Source of the DNA: a virus
Taxonomy: Duplodnaviria; Caudoviricetes
IMG/VR virus record: IMGVR_UViG_3300038675_000290
Location: 1-37,520 of that record
Direction: 5' to 3' (one strand)
Length of the DNA stretch: 37,520 nucleotides
This document shows positions 18,596 through 27,106 of this stretch, piece after piece (the first letter of the stretch is position 1; the number at the start of each line of letters is the position of its first letter). A program made the position numbers and the translations under genes. Under the pieces are notes generated by a model. It ran no database searches and was not told the origin of the DNA. It worked only from the letters and a program-made list of their open reading frames with translations.

Positions 18596-18958
18596 TTGAC
18601 GCCGCAAGAGATTGAAAAACGGCTGGCCCAGCTGAAGGTGCTGACCGAGGAAACCGACGAGGGCGGCATCGCTGCCCCGTGCGACGGCTGCGACCTTTGC
18701 CCCGGCGCGCTGCCAATGTCCACGCGCGACTATACCGACGCGCAGCTGCTGATCTACCTGGAGATGGCCGACTATGACGTGAGAGACGCCGCCTACAACG
18801 TGCTGCTGCGCAAAGCCCAAAACAGCGGGATCACACTGGCCAGCGGCATCACGCTGCCGGACAACAGCGCGTACTGGCTGCGCCTCGCCGCGATCCAGCG
18901 TCGGAGCCGCACCGGCGTAATGCTGCGGGCCGACGAGCCGAGGAGGGGCGAGGAATGA
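18596..18958 (+). CDS. putative head-tail adaptor
   Basis: Position; YTDAQLLIYL...AAYNVLLRKA...YWLRLA. Confidence 0.65.
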   Translation: MTPQEIEKRLAQLKVLTEETDEGGIAAPCDGCDLCPGALPMSTRDYTDAQLLIYLEMADYDVRDAAYNVLLRKAQNSGITLASGITLPDNSAYWLRLAAIQRRSRTGVMLRADEPRRGEE

Positions 18959-19314
18959 ACACCATCAAGAACCGGGATCATGCGCGCATCGTGGGCGCGC
19001 TTGTACAGGCAGGGGCGCGCTGGACGCCTGTGTTCCGCCGCCCGCTCGATCCCAACGGGCAGCCCATGGGCAACCCCGAGCGGGTGGGCTGCATCCTGGG
19101 GATGCGCTACCGCAGGGGCAGCAGCAGCACCATCAAGATCGACGTGCCTGGCATCATCCTGCGCATGGACGTACCGCGTTTCGAGGGCGTGCTCGCCTAT
19201 AACTGCGGCGAAATCAAAGCGCGCGACGAAATCCGCGTCCAGGGCACGGCCTACACCATTATGGACGTGCGGGCGATCGACGGCCTGTACCACATCCTGA
19301 CGCTGCAAGACTGA
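18955..19314 (+). CDS. putative head-closure protein
   Basis: Position and beta-rich IKARDEIRVQGTAYTIMDV. Confidence 0.6.
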   Translation: MNTIKNRDHARIVGALVQAGARWTPVFRRPLDPNGQPMGNPERVGCILGMRYRRGSSSTIKIDVPGIILRMDVPRFEGVLAYNCGEIKARDEIRVQGTAYTIMDVRAIDGLYHILTLQD

Positions 19315-19325
19315 AAAAAGGAGGG

Positions 19326-19673
19326 ATGCGCTTGGCGTTTCGGGTTGACATCCAGGGCGCGCTGCGCGGCATGAGCGAGGCACGCCTGAAAACCATGTTT
19401 GCCGTTGAACAGTACGGCAGGGCTGCGGCCGCGAAGCTGGAGCAGGTAGCCAAGGACGAAGCGCCGTGGCATGACCGCACGGGCCTGGCTCGCCAAACCA
19501 TGGCCGGGGTAGCTGACTGGGTTGGTGAAACATTTCGCGTCGGCATCGCCGGAAACATGAACTACAGCCCATACCTGGAGCTGCTGCGCGATGGCCAGTA
19601 TGCCATCCTGTGGCCGACAATCAACAAAATGACGCCCGAAATCCTGCGCGGCATGTCCGGGCTGCTGAAATGA
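19326..19673 (+). CDS. HK97 gp10-like tail-completion protein
   Basis: AKDEAPWHDRTGLARQ...YSPYLEL...ILWPTI. Confidence 0.8.
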   Translation: MRLAFRVDIQGALRGMSEARLKTMFAVEQYGRAAAAKLEQVAKDEAPWHDRTGLARQTMAGVADWVGETFRVGIAGNMNYSPYLELLRDGQYAILWPTINKMTPEILRGMSGLLK

Positions 19674-19677
19674 GGAG

Positions 19678-20040
19678 ATGCGAATGGACGGCGTGGAACG
19701 TATCCGAAGCGTGCTGAAGGCTGACGGGCTGCTGGTGTATGATCCGGGCAACCACCCGGACAAGTGCAAAGCGCCGTATGTGGTCGTGCGCCAGATGGGC
19801 ACCTATGCGTCGATCCAGTCGCGCCTCACGGGGTACACACTGGCGCAGGTGTACGTGTACGTGCCCCTGGACGCCTATGGCCAGCTGACCGGCCTGGCCG
19901 CCAGGGTGAAACGGCTTCTTGCGCCGCTGCACCGGCAGCTGCGCCCTACTGGCCACGAAAGCCCGGACATGATCGAAGAAGAATACCGGGCGCACAGCCG
20001 ATCAATCGAGTACCAAATACTTAAACCATTAAAGGAGTGA
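19678..20040 (+). CDS. putative tail terminator
   Basis: Position before major tail; APYVVVR, VYVYVP. Confidence 0.65.
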   Translation: MRMDGVERIRSVLKADGLLVYDPGNHPDKCKAPYVVVRQMGTYASIQSRLTGYTLAQVYVYVPLDAYGQLTGLAARVKRLLAPLHRQLRPTGHESPDMIEEEYRAHSRSIEYQILKPLKE

Positions 20041-20044
20041 GACA

Positions 20045-20611
20045 ATGGAACGCATTCTGGCCAACGTTGCGCGGGTGGACATCATCACCGAGGAAACCAC
20101 GCCGCAGCTGATCACCGGCACGACCGGCACCGAGGCGGGCATCGAACCTTACGTGTCCGAGGGAACGGAGGAAATCCTGCGGAGCAAAAACCGCGTCCTG
20201 GCACAAAACAACTACGAGGATATTGTGCTGGGCTACAATATCAACTTGAAAGATGTGCAGTTCGACCCGGAACAGTTCGCCGTGTTCGACGGTGGCACCT
20301 ACACGGCGGACGGCGACGGCTACACCTACGACGGCCCCGAGATGGGCACGGCCGTATCCCGCAAGCGGGTGACCCTCGACATCTGGACGGAAGAAAAGGA
20401 CGTGGACGGCGAAGTGCTCCACTACCACCGCTTCCGGTTCCGTCACACGCGCGGCACGCCGGTGAAGTTCACCCACAAGGACGGCGGCTTCTACGCGCCC
20501 GAGTACGCCCTGAAGTCGCGCGCCAAGAAGAACGAGAAGCCCATCAACATCAAGCAGTTTGACGCGCTCCCGGCGTCCGACGCCACCGCCGCCACGCTGC
20601 TGGCCTCCTAA
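20045..20611 (+). CDS. major tail (tube) protein
   Basis: 188 aa, beta-rich, FYAPEY C-terminus; precedes chaperones; no sheath gene present. Confidence 0.75.
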   Translation: MERILANVARVDIITEETTPQLITGTTGTEAGIEPYVSEGTEEILRSKNRVLAQNNYEDIVLGYNINLKDVQFDPEQFAVFDGGTYTADGDGYTYDGPEMGTAVSRKRVTLDIWTEEKDVDGEVLHYHRFRFRHTRGTPVKFTHKDGGFYAPEYALKSRAKKNEKPINIKQFDALPASDATAATLLAS

Positions 20612-20657
20612 CTTTGCGCGCATTGCGTGACACAAAAATATCGAAGGAGTGTTTACC

Positions 20658-21101
20658 ATGACCAATAACAAGATCACCGCCATTTCCTCCCTGAAGAAGA
20701 TCGCCCAGCACACCGACGTTATCGCCCTGCGCGGCTGGGACACCGAAACCCCGTTTGTCTGCCGCGTGCGCCGCAGCAGCCTGCGCGTCATGATCACCGC
20801 AGGCAAGATCCCCAACCCCCTGATGGCCGCTGCCCAAAAGCTGTATGAGGGCCAGGCCAGCCGTGCCACCGCCAGCATCACCGACATGCTGCGCGTGATG
20901 GAGCGCGTGGTGGAGGACGCCCTGGTCGAGCCGAAGCTCGCCGAGATCAAGGAGGCCGGGCTGGAGTTGACCGAGGAGCAGTTCGGGGCCATCTTCAACT
21001 ACGCCCAAAGCGGCGTAAAGGCGGTGGAACCGTTTCTTTTCAAGCCCGCAGGTGATAACCCTGGTCAGGACGGCGAAGCGGTGGCGGACGAGGCCGAGTG
21101 A
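20658..21101 (+). CDS. tail assembly chaperone (G)
   Basis: GKIPNPLM motif; between tail tube and tape measure; start at 20649 or 20658. Confidence 0.8.
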   Translation: MTNNKITAISSLKKIAQHTDVIALRGWDTETPFVCRVRRSSLRVMITAGKIPNPLMAAAQKLYEGQASRATASITDMLRVMERVVEDALVEPKLAEIKEAGLELTEEQFGAIFNYAQSGVKAVEPFLFKPAGDNPGQDGEAVADEAE

Positions 21102-21297
21102 TCTTTTGGACATCACCGACCCCTATGTGGCCTACTGCATGGACGAGGCTTGCATGTACATCGCCGAGATGATGGAGCGCCGCAAGACGCCCAAGTTCAA
21201 GCGCGATGAAAAAGACAAGCAGCAGGCGCGGCGCGGGAAGTGGACAACCAACGCAGACCTGGTCGACGAACTGCTGAAGGAAACCAAGCAAGAATAA
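21052..21297 (+). CDS. tail assembly chaperone T segment (probably frameshift-expressed)
   Basis: Overlaps G in the +1 frame; RPSDLLDITDPYVAYCMDEA. Confidence 0.7.
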   Translation: MITLVRTAKRWRTRPSDLLDITDPYVAYCMDEACMYIAEMMERRKTPKFKRDEKDKQQARRGKWTTNADLVDELLKETKQE

Positions 21298-21303
21298 CCA
21301 CAA

Positions 21304-21334
21304 GGCGGCACGCGCGGAGCGTGCCGCCACTTTT
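21304..21334 (+). terminator. terminator-like hairpin before tape measure
   Basis: 10-bp stem GGCGGCACGC/GCGTGCCGCC followed by acTTTT. Confidence 0.55.
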
Positions 21335-21363
21335 GTGCTTTGTGGCCGGGGGAGGTGTAAAGC

Positions 21364-24300
21364 GTGGCCATTGATGCGGGTACGATCCTTGCATATTTAG
21401 ACCTGGATACCAGCAAGTTTGGGAACGCTTTGCAGATGGCGCAAAGCCAAATGGGCGAGTTCGCCACCACGGGCGGCGGCATGTCGGACTTTGTGGACGG
21501 CATCGGCACTGGCCTGGCTACGGTCGGCCGCGCCCTGACCATGGGCGTCAGCGTACCGTTGGCGGGCGTGGGCGTCGCGATCGCGAAATCCGCCATTGAC
21601 TGGGAATCCGCCTTCGCCGACGTGCGAAAGACTGTAAACATCACCAGCGGCGACGTGGAGGTGGGATTCAAGCGCATCAGCGACGGGCTGTATGCGATGT
21701 CCGAGGCGATCCCGGTATCCAAGGAGGGCCTGGCGGGCATCGCGGCAAACGCGGGCCAGCTGGGCGTTGCCGAGGAATACATCCTATCCTTTACCCGCGT
21801 CATGGCCGACCTTGAAGTGGCCACGAATCTGACCGGTGAAGAAGCTGCTGCCATGTTCGCGCAGTACGCCAACATCACCGGCATGGACATGGGGCAAATC
21901 TCCAACCTGGGCAGCGTCATCGTGGAGCTGGGCAACAATACAGCGACGACCGAAAGAGACATCGCCGAGATGATGCACCGCCTGGCCGGTTCCGGCTCCA
22001 TCGTGGGCCTGACGGATGCGCAGATCGCGGGCCTGGGCGCGACGCTCACGTCCCTGGGCATCAATGCGGAGGCGGGCGGCAGCGCCATGTCCCGCGTCCT
22101 GTCCGACATGGACAGCGCCGTGATCAGCAACGGGAAAGAGTTGAAGAAGTTCGCCAGCATCGCGGGCGTGTCCTCCAAAGACTTCGCGGCGGCCTGGAAT
22201 GCCGATCCAATATCCGCCCTTCAGATGTTCACCAAGGGCCTGGGCGCGATCAGCGACGCGGGCGGCGATGTCAACAAAGCGCTGGATGAAGTCGGGTTAA
22301 GCGACGTGCGGATCACCGACATGCTGAAGCGCCTCATGGGTTCCGGCGAGCTGCTGACCGATACCGTGACCATGGCCAACGCCGCCTGGGAGGAGAACAG
22401 CGCACTGGCCGCCGAGGCCGCGCAGCGGTATGCCACGGTAGAATCCAAGCTCACCATGCTGAAGAATGCGGTGGGCAACGTGGCCACGCAGTTCGGAAAC
22501 GTCCTGATGCCCATCATCAGCAAGGCCATCGACTGGGCGACGAAGGGCGTAAAGTGGATCGCGGGCCTGGATGACGGCACCAAGAAGCTGATCGTGACCG
22601 TTGGCGGCATCGCGGCGGCCATCGGCCCCGTGCTGCTGGTCGGCGGCAAGCTGATCAGTGCATTCTCCGGCGTGATCCCGCTTTTGGCCTTGATTGGCGG
22701 CGGCTTCGCGCTTGTATACAAGCACAGCGACCGCTTGCAGGCCGCTGTGAAGCACATAAAGGACAGTATCCCCGCCTGGATGGATGGCATGAAATCCGGG
22801 TACACCGCTTTCACGGCCGCCATGCAATCCGGGCAGGGCGTCATCAACGCAGCCCAAAAGGGGTTAGAGGCGGCGTTCGGCCCCAAGGTAGCGGGCAATG
22901 TAACCCGCGTACTGTCCGCCATCCAGAACGGGTTCAAAACCGCAAAGGCGCACGTGGAGGCCGTGGCTTCCGGCGTCGGCGCGTTCATCGGCGGGCTGAT
23001 CGACGGCGAAGGCGTGGCCGAATCCCTAAAGCAGGCGCTGGCGGCAGCGTTTGGCGCTGACGTGGCCACGCGTGCTGAAGGCGTGTTAAACCGTATCAAC
23101 AACGCGTTCGCGTTCGTAAAAACCACGGCCATCAACTTCGCCCAAAGCGCACAGGCGCACTTTGAAACGTTCCGCACGGCGCTGTCCGGCGTGGCCTCCA
23201 AGATCGCCGAGGACTACAGCGAGGGCGGCGTGCTAGGCGTGCTGCAGGGGCTGGGCGAAATGCTCCACGACCTGCTGCAAAACGGCGCAGACCTTGCCCG
23301 GCGCGGCGCGGAGGCCGTGCGCGAGAAGATCGCCGAGGGCCTGGCCATGGCCAAGGAGTGGCTGCTGCCGAAGGTGCAGACCTGGCTTGGCAACCTGGGC
23401 GACGCCTATCAGACCGCCAAAAGCTACGTCGTGGATAAGCTGCCCGCCGTCAAGAATGCGATCCTGAACGGCCTGACGGCGGCCAAGGAAACGGTGGTCA
23501 GCAAGGCCCAAACGGTGATGACCTGGCTGGGCGACGCGTACCGCAGCGATGCCGTGCAGGGCTTCCTGGGCAATCTGTCCGGCGTGGGCAGTACCATCAT
23601 GGAGAAGATCAGCGCGGCCAAGGAAACGCTGATCACCAAGGCGGGCGAAATGCTCAACGCCCTGGGCACGGCCCTGGGCAGCGAGGAGGCAAAGGCGAAG
23701 GTCACGGCCATAACAAGCGTCGTGACCACGATCGCGGGCAAGATCACCAGCAACCTGGGCGCGTGGAAAACCACAGCCGCCACCCTGCTGGGCGACCTGA
23801 TCGGACAGCTGACGGACAGTGGATTCCTTGAAACGACGATCACCGGCCTGGGCGGCATCGTGACCGCCATCGCAGACGGGATCGGAACGGCGGCCAGCAA
23901 CATCGTCAGCTGCGCCTCCACCATCATCACCACGCTGATCGGCAAATTCACGGAATCGGGCTTCATCGAAGGGCTATTCACGACGGCAGGTGACGTCGTG
24001 ACGAGCATTGCGGGCGTGCTGGGCGGCGTGGCCACCAACATCGTCAGCGCGGCCACGGACATCGGCAAGGCCCTGATCAAGGGCATTTCCGAGATCGACT
24101 GGGCCACCGTTTTCGACACGGCGGGCACCGTCATAACCAACATTGCGGGCGTGCTGGGCGGCGTGGCCACCAACATCGTCAGCGCGGCCACGGACATCGG
24201 CAAGGCCCTGATCAAGGGCATTTCCGAGATCGACTGGGCCACCATTTTCGACACGGCGGGCACCGTCGTGACAGACATCGGCGCGCAGATCACGGCCGTT

Positions 24301-26325
24301 TCGGCGAGCATCTACACCGCCGCCGCAGACCTGGCCAAGGCGCTGGTGGAAGGCATCGCCAAGGTTGACTGGGCCAGCATGGTCGATACGTTCGGGCAGA
24401 TCGCCACCGGCCTGCTCGACAACCTGGTGACCGCGATCCCGACTGTCACCGCATCCCTGACCAGCATCGCCTCCTCCATCGCGGAAGGCATTGCTGCAAT
24501 CGACTGGAACGGCATAGGCGACAGCCTGGGGAACATCGCCAAAAAGCTGATCAGTGGCATCCTGGACAACCTGCCCGCCACCATTGAAGGCGTCGGGCCG
24601 CTGGTTGAAAAAATCGGCGACGGCATTGTGGCGGCCGTATCCGCCCTGGGAGATGCAGCAAGCGGCCTTATCAGCGGGTTGGTCGAGGCGATCCTCACAC
24701 CTGCGAACTGGGTAAAGCTGATGCAGCTGGGCGACTCCATATGTGAGGGTATCGCACAGGGCATCCTCCACCTGGGGATCGACGCCGTGCAGCTCGCGGG
24801 CAATCTTGCCATCGACGTTTTGACCGGCATCGCGGAAGGCGTAGCCGGTGCGCTCACCAACACTATCGTGGACGGCGCGCGCGCGCTTTTCGGCATCGAA
24901 GTGGATAAGGAGCTGGAAGCCCGCGTCCACGCCATGTTCGACAAGGTTTACACGGTCATCGACGCCCAGGGCGAGCAGATGCAATACAGCGGCTACGCGC
25001 TGATGGATGCGCTATCCGCGCCTATGCTCACCGCCGACCAGCTCACTATTGCAATGCAAGCGTGGGGCGTCGCCCTGTCCGAGGGTATCGACGGCGCATT
25101 CACGGACGCCGCATGGCTGGGCAACAATGCGGTCGTGGGCCTGTTCGGCATCCTGGCAGACAAAACCCTAACCGAAGGCGAGCGCGCGAAAGCCGCCGCC
25201 GTCCTGATCGGCGCGGGGTACGGCGACGTTTTCAAGAACGCGCTGTATACGAGCGAACCGCAGGTGGCGCAGGCCGCCTATGACCTGATCGACGGCGCGA
25301 ACACCGAAGTACAAGCGGCCGTGGCGGCGCTTGGCGCATCCTTGCCCGGCTCGATCCAGACCGGCCTGGAAAGCGGCATCCCCATCCTGGAGGCCGCAGC
25401 CAACAAGGTGGCCGAAGTGGCCAGCGGCGCGCAGGACAAGGTGAACACCCTGGCCGATGCCAAGGCGGTCGGCGAAGAAGCGGTCGGCGCTGTAGCCGAA
25501 GGGCAAGGCGACACCGGCGAGGTCAAAAAAGCCTCCCAGGGCGTGAGCGATACCATAACCGACACCCTGGAACCGCTGCCCGGCCTCATGGAGGAACTGT
25601 CCAAGAACGGCGTGCAGGGCATGGCCACGGGCACGCTGGCCACGCAGAACGAGGTAACCAGCGCGGTGCAGACCGTCAGCGATGCGGCTGTTACCCAGGC
25701 GCTGAACACCATGTCCGTACAGACCGGCCAGAACATCGGTATCAACTTTGTGCGGGCCATCTCCACCGGGGCGCAGAGCATGGGCAGCACCCTATACAAC
25801 ACGATCCGCAGCCTGGGGACGCAGGGCGTCAACGCCATTTCCGGCATCATGACCGAGGGCGCGGGCAGCGGGATCGGGCGCGCGATGATCCAGGGCGTGA
25901 TCAACGGCGCGGGCAGCATGGGCAGCGCCCTGAACAGCAGAATGCGCAGCCTGGCCAACAGCGCCGTGGCGGCGTTCAAGGCCGCCCTGGATATGCACAG
26001 CCCGCCGCGCGTCTTTTCGGACATCGGCGAAGCCATACCCGACGCGGTAGGACTGGGGGCTGACAAAAACAGGGACGCGGCCATTTCCTCCATCGTTGCG
26101 CTTGCGCACGACCTGGAGGACGCCTGGAACCTAGACCTTGACGGTGGGAACGTGACATCTAAACCGCACACGTCAAGCGGCGTGGGCAGCGATGGCGGCG
26201 GCTTCCATTTCCATTTCTACGGGGATATGACGGTGCGCGATGACAGCGACATCGACCGCATATCCAGGCAAGTGTACGACGATGTGGTCGAAAACATGAG
26301 AGGGGAGGGCCTTGTGCTTGCGTGA
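21364..26325 (+). CDS. tail tape measure protein (TP901-like)
   Basis: 1653 aa, Ala/Gly-rich; AIDWESAFADVRKT, AEAGGSAMSR, IDW repeats, MHSPPRVF. Confidence 0.95.
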   Translation: MAIDAGTILAYLDLDTSKFGNALQMAQSQMGEFATTGGGMSDFVDGIGTGLATVGRALTMGVSVPLAGVGVAIAKSAIDWESAFADVRKTVNITSGDVEVGFKRISDGLYAMSEAIPVSKEGLAGIAANAGQLGVAEEYILSFTRVMADLEVATNLTGEEAAAMFAQYANITGMDMGQISNLGSVIVELGNNTATTERDIAEMMHRLAGSGSIVGLTDAQIAGLGATLTSLGINAEAGGSAMSRVLSDMDSAVISNGKELKKFASIAGVSSKDFAAAWNADPISALQMFTKGLGAISDAGGDVNKALDEVGLSDVRITDMLKRLMGSGELLTDTVTMANAAWEENSALAAEAAQRYATVESKLTMLKNAVGNVATQFGNVLMPIISKAIDWATKGVKWIAGLDDGTKKLIVTVGGIAAAIGPVLLVGGKLISAFSGVIPLLALIGGGFALVYKHSDRLQAAVKHIKDSIPAWMDGMKSGYTAFTAAMQSGQGVINAAQKGLEAAFGPKVAGNVTRVLSAIQNGFKTAKAHVEAVASGVGAFIGGLIDGEGVAESLKQALAAAFGADVATRAEGVLNRINNAFAFVKTTAINFAQSAQAHFETFRTALSGVASKIAEDYSEGGVLGVLQGLGEMLHDLLQNGADLARRGAEAVREKIAEGLAMAKEWLLPKVQTWLGNLGDAYQTAKSYVVDKLPAVKNAILNGLTAAKETVVSKAQTVMTWLGDAYRSDAVQGFLGNLSGVGSTIMEKISAAKETLITKAGEMLNALGTALGSEEAKAKVTAITSVVTTIAGKITSNLGAWKTTAATLLGDLIGQLTDSGFLETTITGLGGIVTAIADGIGTAASNIVSCASTIITTLIGKFTESGFIEGLFTTAGDVVTSIAGVLGGVATNIVSAATDIGKALIKGISEIDWATVFDTAGTVITNIAGVLGGVATNIVSAATDIGKALIKGISEIDWATIFDTAGTVVTDIGAQITAVSASIYTAAADLAKALVEGIAKVDWASMVDTFGQIATGLLDNLVTAIPTVTASLTSIASSIAEGIAAIDWNGIGDSLGNIAKKLISGILDNLPATIEGVGPLVEKIGDGIVAAVSALGDAASGLISGLVEAILTPANWVKLMQLGDSICEGIAQGILHLGIDAVQLAGNLAIDVLTGIAEGVAGALTNTIVDGARALFGIEVDKELEARVHAMFDKVYTVIDAQGEQMQYSGYALMDALSAPMLTADQLTIAMQAWGVALSEGIDGAFTDAAWLGNNAVVGLFGILADKTLTEGERAKAAAVLIGAGYGDVFKNALYTSEPQVAQAAYDLIDGANTEVQAAVAALGASLPGSIQTGLESGIPILEAAANKVAEVASGAQDKVNTLADAKAVGEEAVGAVAEGQGDTGEVKKASQGVSDTITDTLEPLPGLMEELSKNGVQGMATGTLATQNEVTSAVQTVSDAAVTQALNTMSVQTGQNIGINFVRAISTGAQSMGSTLYNTIRSLGTQGVNAISGIMTEGAGSGIGRAMIQGVINGAGSMGSALNSRMRSLANSAVAAFKAALDMHSPPRVFSDIGEAIPDAVGLGADKNRDAAISSIVALAHDLEDAWNLDLDGGNVTSKPHTSSGVGSDGGGFHFHFYGDMTVRDDSDIDRISRQVYDDVVENMRGEGLVLA
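24006..24267 (+). repeat. 135-bp-period tandem duplication in tape measure gene
   Basis: 24006-24132 vs 24141-24267, one mismatch seen in 127 bp. Confidence 0.9.
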
Positions 26326-27106
26326 GGAATTCGCTTTTAACGGCATCCATTGCGATGCCCACAACGCGGCGTTCGTGGTCGAATCCTGGCCGGTAGCGCC
26401 CGCCCCCACCATCAACAAACACAGCATCCCAGGGCGGCACGGCACGATCCGATACCCTGGCACCTTCCGGGGCGAGCAGGCGCTGACCGGGATGCTGTAC
26501 CTTCTTTCCAGCACCGGCGAGGTCATCAGCTACGCCGACATGCTGACGCGCAAGACGGCCATCGCGGCGTGGCTGTGTCCCGGAGGCAGGAAACGCCTGA
26601 TCCTGGACGCAGCCCCCGACCGCTTCTACATGGCCGAGATCGAGCAGGAGCTGACCATCTCCACCGACGAATGGGGCAACGGCTGCATTCACATCGTGTT
26701 TTCCGTTCAGCCGTTCACCTACGCGACGGTGGAGGACGTGGCCGAAACGACGCTTGCGGCGGATACGGCCAAGAACGTCAGCCTGACCCTGAAGGGCAAC
26801 CAACCCGCGCCCCTGGCCATGGAGCTGACGGCCAGCGCCGCGCTGACCTGGGCGCAGCTGACCCTGGGCGGCAAAACCATCCGCCTGGAGGGCATGAGCC
26901 TGGCGTCCGGGCAAAAGGCCATCATCAGCTACGACCTGGAGGCCGGAGAGGTGATGGCGATCACCCACAACGGCGCGGCCGGTATGCGATACCTGGCGGC
27001 GTCGAGCAAAGTCCCCTTTGAGGCACAGGCGGGCAGCAATACCATATCCGCCAGGTCATCGGCAGCCAGCGCGCTGAAGCTGACCGCACGGGGCAGGTGG
27101 TTGTAA
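26312..27106 (+). CDS. distal tail protein (Dit)
   Basis: FAFNGIH, IPGRHG, LILDAAPDRFYMA, FSVQPFTY; follows tape measure (start may be TTG 26318). Confidence 0.85.
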   Translation: MCLREEFAFNGIHCDAHNAAFVVESWPVAPAPTINKHSIPGRHGTIRYPGTFRGEQALTGMLYLLSSTGEVISYADMLTRKTAIAAWLCPGGRKRLILDAAPDRFYMAEIEQELTISTDEWGNGCIHIVFSVQPFTYATVEDVAETTLAADTAKNVSLTLKGNQPAPLAMELTASAALTWAQLTLGGKTIRLEGMSLASGQKAIISYDLEAGEVMAITHNGAAGMRYLAASSKVPFEAQAGSNTISARSSAASALKLTARGRWL

